Shown one piece after another: positions 12,359-24,667 of a DNA stretch of 64,000 nucleotides (position 1 is the stretch's first letter; the number at the start of each line of letters is the position of its first letter). The translations under genes and the position numbers were made by a program. Source of the DNA: Octopus bimaculoides (taxonomy: Eukaryota); NCBI RefSeq assembly GCF_001194135.2, contig NC_069002.1:32555495-32619494 (forward strand), written 5' to 3'. The notes beneath the pieces are model-generated. The model was given only the letters and a program-made list of their open reading frames with translations, was not told where the DNA came from and searched no databases.

Positions 12359-12491
12359 CGTTGCCCATGCCAAACGCCAGAACGATCATGCTTGAGGTTA
12401 CTCTAGCAGCAGTTAATATTACTCGGGTTCGCACGTTCCATGCTTGCCACAACATACTCCTACTCGACTGCGTCGGCGTTGATTGCTCGGC
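12359..12491 (-). CDS. Candidate exon of an unknown gene (..MLWQAWNVRTRVILTAARVTSSMIVLAFGMGN-G, phase-1 donor)
   Basis: Consensus donor ACG|GTGAGT at 12359/12358; possible TTTAG acceptor at 12492; one open frame; unique, GC/CpG-rich. No homology recognised. Confidence 0.25.
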
Positions 12492-14372
12492 CTAAACTGC
12501 TGGGTCCAATAAGGCTTACACAACGTCTCACAGACACTCCCAACTTTATTGACAAGCTTCCGAGACAAACCAGTATGGAATCTGGGATTACGATGATCTC
12601 AAACACAACTGAAAGAGCCCTAAAATATTCAATTCCGTTCCCTGCATATCTGTTTTTTTTTTTATCAGAACGACCTTCTGATATATAGATGTTAAAACAT
12701 GTCTTAGAGACATATNNNNNNNNNNNNNNNNNNNNNNNNNNNNNNNNNNNNNNNNNNNNNNNNNNNNNNNNNNNNNNNNNNNNNNNNNNNNNNNNNNNNN
12801 NNNNNNNNNNNNNNNNNNNNNNNNNNNNNNNNNNNNNNNNNNNNNNNNNNNNNNNNNNNNNNNNNNNNNNNNNNNNNNNNNNNNNNNNNNNNNNNNNNNN
12901 NNNNNNNNNNNNNNNNNNNNNNNNNNNNNNNNNNNNNNNNNNNNNNNNNNNNNNNNNNNNNNNNNNNNNNNNNNNNNNNNNNNNNNNNNNNNNNNNNNNN
13001 NNNNNNNNNNNNNNNNNNNNNNNNNNNNNNNNNNNNNNNNNNNNNNNNNNNNNNNNNNNNNNNNNNNNNNNNNNNNNNNNNNNNNNNNNNNNNNNNNNNN
13101 NNNNNNNNNNNNNNNNNNNNNNNNNNNNNNNNNNNNNNNNNNNNNNNNNNNNNNNNNNNNNNNNNNNNNNNNNNNNNNNNNNNNNNNNNNNNNNNNNNNN
13201 NNNNNNNNNNNNNNNNNNNNNNNNNNNNNNNNNNNNNNNNNNNNNNNNNNNNNNNNNNNNNNNNNNNNNNNNNNNNNNNNNNNNNNNNNNNNNNNNNNNN
13301 NNNNNNNNNNNNNNNNNNNNNNNNNNNNNNNNNNNNNNNNNNNNNNNNNNNNNNNNNNNNNNNNNNNNNNNNNNNNNNNNNNNNNNNNNNNNNNNNNNNN
13401 NNNNNNNNNNNNNNNNNNNNNNNNNNNNNNNNNNNNNNNNNNNNNNNNNNNNNNNNNNNNNNNNNNNNNNNNNNNATATATATATACGTACACAAATAGA
13501 CACATGCACACATATACATAAATACATACACACATACATAGATAATACATACATACATATATATGCTTTCTTATGCTTCTATGGAGTTACACTTTATAGA
13601 TTTACAGTTTTAGCAAAGACACTCCACCTTCGCAAATACCAAAATACCAATATCTTTTCTGAAAGAAAAAATAGAATAGAATTTCTAGTCTGTAAACAGA
13701 ATTGAGTTATTTTCAGAACATGCCATTGTAATTCTTGACTTGGTATACAATTTCATTCAGAATATTTAAAATAATTTCTTCACGAAATATGACGTCAATT
13801 TATATTTGTGACAAAACAGCTAATCAAATAACGTTCTTTAGACATTAGCTGAAAGCAAACTTGCATAATTTGGCCTTGTAATCGTATGACAATAATTAAA
13901 TATGAATATACATACGTATTTACAGGGTATAATTACAAGTAAATTAATAAACATGGTTGAAACAACCTTAGATTAAAATACCAGTGTGTACAACATGTAG
14001 GATGTAAGAACAATTGTGGAAAGCTGTGAGACGTTCTGGTGCAGCAGTCTTGGCGTTGCTTATCTGGTATTGCTGGTTCGACACTGGCTTATTTGAGAAC
14101 AGACGTTTTAACGTTTCCTTCATTTTAACGATCCTCTCGTCGTTCTCTCTCTCTCTCCCTCTCTCTCTCTCTCTTTCTTTCCCCGCCCGTCTCTGTTTAT
14201 GCCTGTCAGCATCTAGTTATGTTTGCATGTGTGTATAATATATGTCTTTCTCTCTTGCTCTTTCTCTCTCTATATCCCTCTTTTGATACGTGTGTGCCTT
14301 TAGTTATGATGTATGTATATATTAAGTCTCTCTCACTTTCTGTCCATCTGTTTAGGCGTGTGAACATCTACT

Positions 14373-14404
<32 letters not shown>

Positions 14405-14770
14405 AATCCCCAAAAAGAAGAACAAACACCTATAATACAACAACGCGAGGACGTGGTACATGTAAAGTATTAGCAGGCGCTCAGGGAAATAAAGAAAGAT
14501 GGTTTAACGTTTCGAGCAACACTTTTCTTCAGAAACAAAGTTAAGTCCAATAGAAAGGCAGACGGAAGAAGAAAACGATTCATATGTGATTATATTACTG
14601 AAAAACAAAAGACGAAGACATATGTATAAACAGCAAGCAGGTGTTTTAGTTTGACGCTCGGGAAAGTTAGAAAGCGTTTTTATGTTTCGAGCCTACACTC
14701 TTCAGCGGAGAGGAATAAGAGAAAATAAACAGAGAGAGAGAAAAAAAAAACTTGTGGGCGTAGCGAAATA
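14405..14770 (-). mobile_element. Non-autonomous PLE-derived element with two hammerhead-like motifs, inserted in (TA)n
   Basis: TA repeats on both sides; motifs at 14502-14536 and ~14677-14712, each followed by a similar CTTTCT..TTCCC(T)GAGCG..CTAA.AC tract; homologous to 18990-19140. Confidence 0.7.
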
Positions 14771-15358
14771 TATATATATATATATATATGCAAGATTCTG
14801 TAAGAGAGCTTGGTTCGTTCAAGAAACTACTAACTAATCAGCTGAAATTGAAAATACCGTAATTTTCAGTTGAAGAAATTCTGTGTCAGCAATTCTTCAT
14901 TTTGGCATGTGAAGTCGATATGGAATCTCACGGCAGAAATTGCTAAAGCTAATGGCGAACTAAGATGAGAGCAAATGAAAGACATTTGATATGAAAAGAA
15001 TCATCAAAAGTGCTCTAGGTGTTTATCAGAAATATCAAGTAAATATTCCTTGTCTGTCTGCCTGTCTATCTGCCTGTCTGTCTGTCTGCTTCTCTCTCTT
15101 CTTCTTCTCTCTCTCTCACACACACACAAATGTGCATACAGGAAAAACGCATACATGTAAAGAGTAACGCACTGAAACAGAGAGTCACATGTAACGCATA
15201 CAACAAAATGATGCAGTTACTTTCGCTCTCCCTTCCTCTCTCTCTCTCTGAGTGTCTCTCACTCTCATACACAGGCGTACGCTTGCGTAGATGATCATTA
15301 GAGTTGTGTGGGGGTGTATAATGATTGTGTCTGTGTGTTTCACTCAATATATATATAC

Positions 15359-15401
<43 letters not shown>

Positions 15402-15954
15402 NNNNNNNNNNNNNNNNNNNNNNNNNNNNNNNNNNNNNNNNNNNNNNNNNNNNNNNNNNNNNNNNNNNNNNNNNNNNNNNNNNNNNNNNNNNNNNNNNNN
15501 NNNNNNNNNNNNNNNNNNNNNNNNNNNNNNNNNNNNNNNNNNNNNNNNNNNNNNNNNNNNNNNNNNNNNNNNNNNNNNNNNNNNNNNNNNNNNNNNNNNN
15601 NNNNNNNNNNNNNNNNNNNNNNNNNNNNNNNNNNNNNNNNNNNNNNNNNNNNNNNNNNNNNNNNNNNNNNNNNNNNNNNNNNNNNNNNNNNNNNNNNNNN
15701 NNNNNNNNNNNNNNNNNNNNNNNNNNNNNNNNNNNNNNNNNNNNNNNNNNNNNNNNNNNNNNNNNNNNNNNNNNNNNNNNNNNNNNNNNNNNNNNNNNNN
15801 NNNNNNNNNNNNNNNNNNNNNNNNNNNNNNNNNNNNNNNNNNNNNNNTATATATATACATATACATTCAGGCAAATGTCGAACAATGAGAATGAGAGATC
15901 AACACCGCATTGGTGGATAAAATTCTTTCAGTTCCATTCTTCTATTCTTCCTTT

Positions 15955-16092
15955 TATTTGTTTCAGTCATTTGACTGCGGCCATGCTGGAGCACAGCCTT
16001 CTAATCGAAGAAATCGACCTCAAAACTTATCCTTTGTAAGCCTGGCACTTCTATCGTTCTCTTAGGGCCGAACTGCAATGTTACGGGTATGT

Positions 16093-16100
<8 letters not shown>
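15955..16100 (-). mobile_element. SINE family D fragment
   Basis: Reverse complement of the CCAGCATGGCCGCAGTCAAATGACTGAAACAA tail, also seen at 38817-39070 (+). Confidence 0.75.
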
Positions 16101-16128
<28 letters not shown>

Positions 16129-16355
16129 AAACACACACACACATAATTATTGCTAATTATAATTATAATTATAATTATAAATTTTATTCTCTGGGTATTT
16201 AACGCTATCATTACTTGCTACCTCCTATGTTGTTTGTTGTTATTATTATCAATTATTAGAATTTACCGCTGATACGAATAACAATAAAGATATCTATATA
16301 AATATTCATCTGAAAATTTACTCCTTACACATACATACATACATACATACACGCA

Positions 16356-16741
16356 TGTTGTTGGCCCTCCGTCGCTTACGACGTCGAGGGTTCCAGTTGA
16401 TCCGATCAACGGAACAGCCTGCTCGTGAAATTAACGTGCAAGTGGCTGAGCACTCCACAGACACGTGTACCCTTAACGTAGTTCTCGGGGATATTCAGCG
16501 TGACACAATGTGACAAGGCTGACCCTTTGAATTACAGGCACAACAGAAACAGGAAGTAAGAGTGAGAGAAAGTTGTGGTGAAAGAGTACAGCAGGGTTCG
16601 CCACCATCCCCTGCCGGAGCCTCGTTGGGCTTTAGGTGTTTTTCGCTCAATAAACACTCACAACGCCCGGTCTGAGAATCGACACCGCGATCCTATGACC
16701 GCGAGTCTGCTGCCCTAACCATTGGGCCATTGCGCCTTCAC
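16356..16741 (-). mobile_element. Full-length tRNA(Arg)-like SINE, family C (OR-type), inserted in (ACAT)n
   Basis: Head with A/B boxes (GCAATGGCCCAATGG...GTCGATTCTC) and a GACTCGCGGTC anticodon-like arm; (AAC) tail; CATA repeats on both flanks; 3' half shared with 42628-42811. Confidence 0.9.
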
Positions 16742-16962
16742 TACATACATACATACATACATACATGCATCATTGTAAGTTTTACATTCTATATTTTGTA
16801 ATCTCTTCCTTAATTTCTCTTTGTATTACTTATAACCTGTAACGAGACAATATATACCACAAGTATAAAAGCGGATTTGCTATTCAGGCTAATAGGCATG
16901 AAGAATCGTCAATACAGCGTTTAGAAATTTATAGCTTCGTCTTCATGTATATATATGCGCTC

Positions 16963-17270
16963 ATTAAGTACCAGTTACGCACGGGGGTCGATATAATCGA
17001 CTTAATCATTTTGTCTGTCCTTATTTGTCCCCCTCTATGTTTAGCCCCTTGTGGGCAATAAAGAAATAAGAAACGTTAGCACGCCGGGCGAAATGCTTAG
17101 CTGCATTTCGTTTGTCTTTCCGTTCTGAGTTCAAATCCCGTCAAGTTCGACTTTGACTTTCATCCTTTCGGGGTCGATAAATTAAGTACCAGTTGCGTAC
17201 TAGGGTCGATGGAATCGACTTTTCCCCTCCCCCAAAATGTCGGGCCTTGTGCCTGGAGTCGAAAAGATTA
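16963..17270 (+). mobile_element. SINE family B head-to-tail dimer (3' half of one unit fused to a second unit with a different tail)
   Basis: ATTAAGTACCAGTT.CG..C..GGGTCGAT..AATCGACTT occurs twice; junction AATAAAGAAATA|AGAAACGTTAGCACG at ~17069. Confidence 0.85.
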
Positions 17271-17596
17271 TGTATGTGGACATACATGTNNNNNNNNNNT
17301 CTATACACATACATATATCTTTGCATTCATAGAGGTATGTGTATTTAGAAATATATATATGTGTGTGTATACAAATATATAGACACATACATATGTGAGC
17401 ACTTTATATATGTATATTGATTGCGTGTGTATTTGCATACACGCACACATATGCGTATGTTTAGAACATATACGTTTGTTCTAATCACACATACGTTTGC
17501 TTAGAACATTATATACGTATATGACTACGTTACGCGAGTGTATGCGCATGTGCGTGAAGTTTCACTTTTAAAAATACACAAAAACGTAATAAGTGC

Positions 17597-17665
<69 letters not shown>

Positions 17666-18063
17666 TGCATATATATATATATGTATGTGTGTATGTGTGC
17701 ATGCGTGCGTGTGTGTATGAGTGTGTGTTTTGTGTATGTTTGTGTAGAAGAGAGAAATATCCTATACATGGTTACAAACACTTATATCTGTCTACTTTTC
17801 CAACCACTGCCACCGACAAGCGGTTATACGTATGTTTCTCTTCACCGTGTAAGAATATATTTATCTATTTATCCTCAAGTCTATCTATGTGTAATCATAC
17901 ACACATATATGACAGTATATCAGAGCTTAGTATCTTTTCATGACAGTTTTACGACAATTAATGAGAAAAATCAAAAGCGATGATATAAATTCTATCAAAA
18001 TCTCTTATCTCTGTATACATGAGCGTATACTGATATGTGTAAATGTATTTGTATGCATATATT

Positions 18064-18096
<33 letters not shown>

Positions 18097-18491
18097 NNNN
18101 NNNNNNNNNNNNNNNNNNNNNNNNNNNNNNNNNNNNNNNNNNNNNNNNNNNNNNNNNNNNNNNNNNNNNNNNNNNNNNNNNNNNNNNNNNNNNNNNNNNN
18201 NNNNNNNNNNNNNNNNNNNNNNNNNNNNNNNNNNNNNNNNNNNNNNNNNNNNNNNNNNNNNNNNNNNNNNNNNNNNNNNNNNNNNNNNNNNNNNNNNNNN
18301 NNNNNNNNNNNNNNNNNNNNNNNNNNNNNNNNNNNNNNNNNNNNNNNNNNNNNNNNNNNNNNNNNNNNNNNNNNNNNNNNNNNNNNNNNNNNNNNNNNNN
18401 NNNNNNNNNNNNNNNNNNNNNNNNNNNNNNNNNNNNNNNNNNNNNNNNNNNNNNNNNNNNNNNNNNNNNNNNNNNNNNNNNNNNNNNNNNN

Positions 18492-18534
<43 letters not shown>

Positions 18535-18899
18535 TCTCTTCACATACGCATGCGCAAACACCATATACAAATACATCGAAGTTTAATTGTAATGTACCAG
18601 ATGTTGCCTCGACAAAACTTCAACGACGGGTCTTATACAAAGTAGGTTTTTCATGAAAGCAATATGAAGGTTTGAAAGCCATTAACTGGGGCTGTGTACA
18701 GATGTGTGTATAATCTTTGTTAAAGGTTAGCATGTACATCACTCTATAAGTGGCAGTTCATGTTGAAGTGGTTGTAGGAAAGTTAAAAGGACTGAAAGGT
18801 GGAGAATAAGTTCATAGAGAGTGTATAGTACAAAAGCACACCGCTGCCTCGGTACAGTGAGGTCTAAGACTATTACACATATACACGCTTGTATATATA

Positions 18900-19150
18900 T
18901 ATCATTTTATTATTATATCCATTTCATTTAACCTTTTTTTCCAGTCATCTCACGGCTGAATGTTGGACGGCTGAATTTTTCTGTCTCCGTTTTTTTCATT
19001 CTCTCTCTATTTGTTTCCCTTTATTCCTTTCTGTCGAAGAGCGTGGGCTCGAAACGTAAAAGACGCTTACATTTTTCCGAGCGTTAAACTAAAACACCTG
19101 CTCCTTGTTGCTACACCTGTCTCCTTCTTCGTCAGAATTTTGGATAATTC
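18900..19150 (+). mobile_element. PLE terminal-repeat-like fragment with a minimal hammerhead-like motif (19027-19062)
   Basis: CUUU-CUGUCGA-A-GAGC-GUGG-GCUC-GAA-ACGU-A-AAAG; downstream sequence homologous to the reverse complement of 14630-14700. The 5' boundary is approximate. Confidence 0.65.
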
Positions 19151-19157
19151 TTTATTT

Positions 19158-19211
<54 letters not shown>

Positions 19212-19899
19212 GTCTATCTATCTATTCCTGTCTTTTTTCCCTTTCTCTCTCTCCCTCTCTCTCTATGTACATATATACGTATATATATAAAATTAATACG
19301 TACATATATGTATATATGTGTATGTGTGTGTATGTACGAGTGTGAGAGTGTAAATATATTTGTCTGTGTGTGTATGCATTTACATATTTGTTTGTTGGTA
19401 TGCATGAATGACCGACATTGTAATTGTTTACTCTCTAACAAATACAGCAGCCCCTGTGTAACAGTTTAGATTCAGCTGTTCACGACCAGTGAGATATCAA
19501 ACACGCGTTATCGATAGATTGCTCATTATTTGACTTAGCAAGGTACAATGCTCTGTCCAGCAGAGACGATATGGGATAAATAGTGTCGATGCCACCCGAT
19601 TAAAACGTTGCATCGTGTTAGTAAATTAGGCCTTCACTACAAGGAACTCAGAATTTACTCTGCCACGATTTTATTTAGAGATTATTGTAGTTTACCTTTC
19701 AGGTTTTATTTTCATTTGTTTTGTAATAGGTCGGCTGTTGTTGAGTTGAGGATATAATTTATTTATTATGTTATGTTTTTATATAGGTAAAACTCAGAAG
19801 TGCTCTGTGACTAATTAATTACACATATATATATATACATTTATGCACTCCATTAAATGTATACATGTATATACTTTTTTATTATCATCTGAATGGTAT

Positions 19900-20059
19900 T
19901 TATATATAGATATATGCTTTCTGACGAAAAACAATGCCCGAAACGTCACACCCTTTTTTTGCATCATAAAATTTCTCTAAGCGTCAATTTAATACATTGA
20001 CTGTGTACGTCATTTTGAATTTTGTTTCTCTTCCTGCTTCTTGTTTTTATTCTTCATTT

Positions 20060-20066
<7 letters not shown>
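19900..20066 (+). mobile_element. PLE-tail-like fragment with a decayed minimal hammerhead (19921-19947)
   Basis: CTGACGA-A-AAAC-AAT-GCCC-GAA-ACGT-C, then a T-rich tail ending in (TA)n. Confidence 0.5.
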
Positions 20067-20115
<49 letters not shown>

Positions 20116-20465
20116 TATATTAACTAAATACGTGTGTGTTTATATATATGTTCGTAAGCGTGTATTTACAGACAAGTATTTTACGGGAAGTACAGGCGTT
20201 AACAACACGCACACACATGTGTGTATATATGTAGAAATACACAAGTGTAAGTATATGTGTATACACGTACGTAATCTGACAGATTTGAACCCGAAGTGAA
20301 CGATTCAGAGACTAAAGGTGCCAACCATTAGATTAATGTTCTACACAATTCCTTGCCAATCATTATAACACACTTTCATGTTTTCGCACGATCAGCCATA
20401 AACCTTACATACAGTAAGTGTATATACCTGTACGTGCATGCTAACGTTTGTGATTATGTATGCAT

Positions 20466-20504
<39 letters not shown>

Positions 20505-20984
20505 NNNNNNNNNNNNNNNNNNNNNNNNNNNNNNNNNNNNNNNNNNNNNNNNNNNNNNNNNNNNNNNNNNNNNNNNNNNNNNNNNNNNNNNNNNNNNNNN
20601 NNNNCACCACCACAATGACAATATGAGCTTTAAAAAACATGTATAACCTCGTGATTGCCGTCTCAACAAGATGGCGTTCTAAACAGACAAAACTCATAAT
20701 GGAGGTTATTCACCTCAGATGGTTTCTTATGTCTTCTTTCTGTGTTTCGTTGAAAGATTTTCCTTGTGTATGTATGTGTGTTTGTGTAAACATACATGTC
20801 AATATGTTTATATGTGTACATGGCTGGCAGTATGTTATGTAAGATATGAGACATGTAGGACTGTCCATGCATTTTCGATGATGTTGTTAGTTATGTAAAA
20901 GAGACCATTTTTATTTTCTGAATAGAAATGAAACATGTTAAACTAGACACCCTGTGGGTTTGAATTTTAGTTTTATTCGAGGAA

Positions 20985-21670
20985 TTGGAGAGGAAGATGG
21001 GTGAAGGGAGAAGGAGAGGGAGAAGAGGAGGAGGAGAGAGAGAGAGAGTCTGTGTGAAGGGAGGAGATAAAGGGGTAAAGGAGAGAGGGAGAGGGAGGGG
21101 AAAGAAAGAGGATAAAGAACAAAGAGAGAAAGTGGAGAGAGAATAGAGAAAAGATGGAAATGAGGAAAAGAGGAAAGGGAAGAGAGAGAGAGAGAGAGGG
21201 AGAGAGGGAGAGAGAGAAAGAGGGAGACAAGTAGAAGAAAGAAGAGAGAGAGGGGATTGGAGAAAGAGAGAAAGTGGAGAGAAATAGAAGAGAAGAGAGA
21301 AATAGAAAGGCGATGAAAAAGTGAAAATGAGAAAATGAAAGTGATAGGAAGAGGAAGAGAGAGGGAGAGAGGGAAAATGATAGAGAGAGAGATAGATGGA
21401 GAGTGAGAAGGAAGTAGATGATGATAGAAAGGGAGAGTAAGAGAATGAGAGGGAGAGAGAGAGAGAGGGGGGTACGTGTAGAAGAAAGAATAGCAAGAAA
21501 AACGGGAAAGAAAATTAAGAAAGAGAAAAGAGAAAGAGGGAGAGAGGAAGGAGAAAGAGAGAGAGAGAAGAAATGGATGACAAAGGAGAAAGAGAGAGGA
21601 AGGGAAAAAGAGAGAGAACCAGAGAGAGACGGAAAGAGAGAGTACAAGAGAGAAATTGGAGAGAGATGAG
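20985..21670. repeat. Long GA-rich polypurine low-complexity tract
   Basis: Almost no pyrimidines on the + strand; explains the F/L/S-rich ORFs on the - strand. Confidence 0.95.
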
Positions 21671-22502
21671 AAATAAGGAAACATGCTTCAACGTAAAGGT
21701 ATGTCTACCTTTAAACTTTGTATTAGTCTTCCATTAGACCTTGCGGACGAAAGTATGTAGTCTTGCCTGCCTTTGTACGTACGCCTCTACTTGTGTGTAT
21801 GTGTGGTAGTACCTATATNNNNNNNNNNNNNNNNNNNNNNNNNNNNNNNNNNNNNNNNNNNNNNNNNNNNNNNNNNNNNNNNNNNNNNNNNNNNNNNNNN
21901 NNNNNNNNNNNNNNNNNNNNNNNNNNNNNNNNNNNNNNNNNNNNNNNNNNNNNNNNNNNNNNNNNNNNNNNNNNNNNNNNNNNNNNNNNNNNNNNNNNNN
22001 NNNNNNNNNNNNNNNNNNNNNNNNNNNNNNNNNNNNNNNNNNNNNNNNNNNNNNTATATATATATATATATATATGTATGTATATATATACGTGTGTGTA
22101 CATGCGTGTGTGCATGTGTGTGTGTGTGTTTCCAAGAAGCACCGTAATCTGATCTTTCCAAGAATGCAGGTTATTCAGTTCGTTGCTGCTAATGATAGCC
22201 TCAGGTGATACAGACTTATTCAAGTTACAGAGACTTATTGAATAGCTTAACTATAACACTAACCTTAACACTAACCCTTCTTCTTGTGGCAATCTTTCTT
22301 TCGAACTTTATTAAAAGATTTTTCATTATAATATACATATCTCTACTGCATTCACTCCAAATATAAAAACACTGAAACAAGCCCACACATATCAAAAGGT
22401 TCAAGTACACGCGAGCGCGCTCACACAAACACACACACATACACACATATATCTACAAATACATATATGCAGATGCCCAAAGACCTCTATTACCATATAG
22501 GA

Positions 22503-22576
<74 letters not shown>

Positions 22577-22803
22577 CCTATCTATCTACCTATATATGAA
22601 TAAACACACTCACACATGTCTATATATATTCACACAATACATACCTGTTTGTATGTATGTATATACACATACATACATACGCATACATTTACAAAGATAT
22701 ACATTACATGTATCTGTATGCATATACATATATGTATGTAAACTTTTCTAGCTATCTATAAACATACACACAGGTAAATCCAACGACAGATGTAAATATA
22801 TAT

Positions 22804-22900
<97 letters not shown>

Positions 22901-23029
22901 GATAAATATTTACCTATGTAGTACATATATTCTACGAATGTGTCTCGTGATATATAATAACATATATATACATATGTATCTACCTATAAGCAGGACACAT
23001 GTACAAATATATACAAAAGCAGGCGCAGA

Positions 23030-23170
23030 TGTTTTCGGCGATTTTCTGAAGAGTCCCCGTCTACCACATTCCACTTACAATATATTTGGTAACTTAGGGC
23101 AAGACTAGAAAACAATTAACCGATGTGGCGCTCAGTAGGAATGAACTTCGGAACCACAGACTCGCCAGGA
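23030..23170 (-). mobile_element. Highly decayed SINE family A copy
   Basis: CCGTCTACCACATTCCACTTACAA...GGAACCACA resembles the family A consensus. Confidence 0.5.
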
Positions 23171-24567
23171 CTCATATATTGAATATTTATTAAAACAACC
23201 CCACCATTTCACTCTTCAAGCACGCATGCACACGCACAGGCACCAACACACACAAACACACACAAATACACACACACACAAACACACACATTCACATATA
23301 TATATATATGTATTTGAACGTTTTGGTTTGCTACGGGGTATGTATAAAGAAATAATGACATTCTTCGATTAACGCAGCTCTTTGTAATATTAGCAGACTG
23401 TTCTACGTCTTTATATTTCGAAGATGAATTAATTACTGGAGGTTATTGAATTTATTCACCAACTCGATTTAAACCGAAACCCACTCTTGTCTATATTCTC
23501 ATATGGTCCAAAATTTCAATCATCTGATCTTATTAGAGTTATTACCGTTTCTCTTTGATTTCTTACCTTGTTCTTTTTTCTAGCAATGAATTGCTTTTAA
23601 GTATATCAGTGTAGTTAAAGAGCTCCCGTAGTTTCAGCTTCTGACCCAGCTCGCGGCATCTTGGGCCAGTATCTTCATCAATGCGGTGTGAGTGAATTTA
23701 GTATATCTGTATATCTTATAGATGGTTCCATAAAGTGGGAAATATTATCATAAAAATGTCATTAAACATATATAATGTTACATTTATGTAAACGTTTTGC
23801 AAGGTTCCTGATGTGAAATTGTGTGTTGAAACAAATATTGTTATATTTTGGGACGATCATTTTTTTTTATTTGCCAAATAAACAGACGCACTATATTTCT
23901 CACTTCAGCTTTATTATTGTTTTTTATTTAATGTCCTTTGTCTGGAAATCCTGTCACCTCTTCGCCAATTCTCCATCCCACATGTCTCCTCCTGTATTAT
24001 TTAGTCCATTTAGCTCATTCAAAAAAGACAGAATGGACTAAACAGGGGACACGTGGGATGGAGAGTGGCTGACGAGGCCACAAGACAAACATCATGAAAT
24101 AAGAACAATAATAAATCTGAAATGAAATGAGGAAGAATTTATAGTACGTGTGTTTATTTGGCAAAAAACAAAAATGACCACCCCGAAATATAACAATATA
24201 AAACGTTACATAACACAAAGAAGCAGCTGGGATCTGTAAATAAGAAGACTTCACGTGATAATGAAATTTTAATTTCAAATTAAAAAGCTAATTTTAGGTG
24301 TTCAGTTGAAATCTTATATTTAGCGTATCTTAGCATAGAAGTGTAATCTCGCTCCCACTGTTGGATTTGTGCTTTTTAAGTATCTTCTATATCTTATTTG
24401 GTTCTCTATCATTTCTGGGTATCGGATGGCATCGGTATGAAAACGTTTTTACCTTAGGGACTTCATTATTTTAAAAACTAAAAGAATACATAAGGCGGGG
24501 GTGGGGTCATATAGCTCTGTTTATCTGTGATGATGTTGATGAAATATTTCCTTCGAATTATATCACC

Positions 24568-24667
24568 GTTTATCGCCACAAGAATATGGCTGTTCCGTAG
24601 GAATCGATTTTGCTACCGGTAGTAACGTCGATTCCTACGGAACAGCCATGTTGAAGTGGCGGTAAAC
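24568..24667. repeat. 100-nt hairpin: perfect 22-bp inner stem plus 12-bp basal stem (MITE remnant or miRNA/hpRNA precursor)
   Basis: ATGGCTGTTCCGTAGGAATCGA 24586-24607 pairs with 24628-24649; GTTTATCGCCAC 24568-24579 pairs with GTGGCGGTAAAC 24656-24667 (one G-U). Confidence 0.9.

Noticed and set aside
16660-16741. tRNA-like folds in SINE heads (also 38483-38560 and 61849-61910)
   Set aside because: They are followed by SINE bodies and lack a proper acceptor stem; not tRNA genes.
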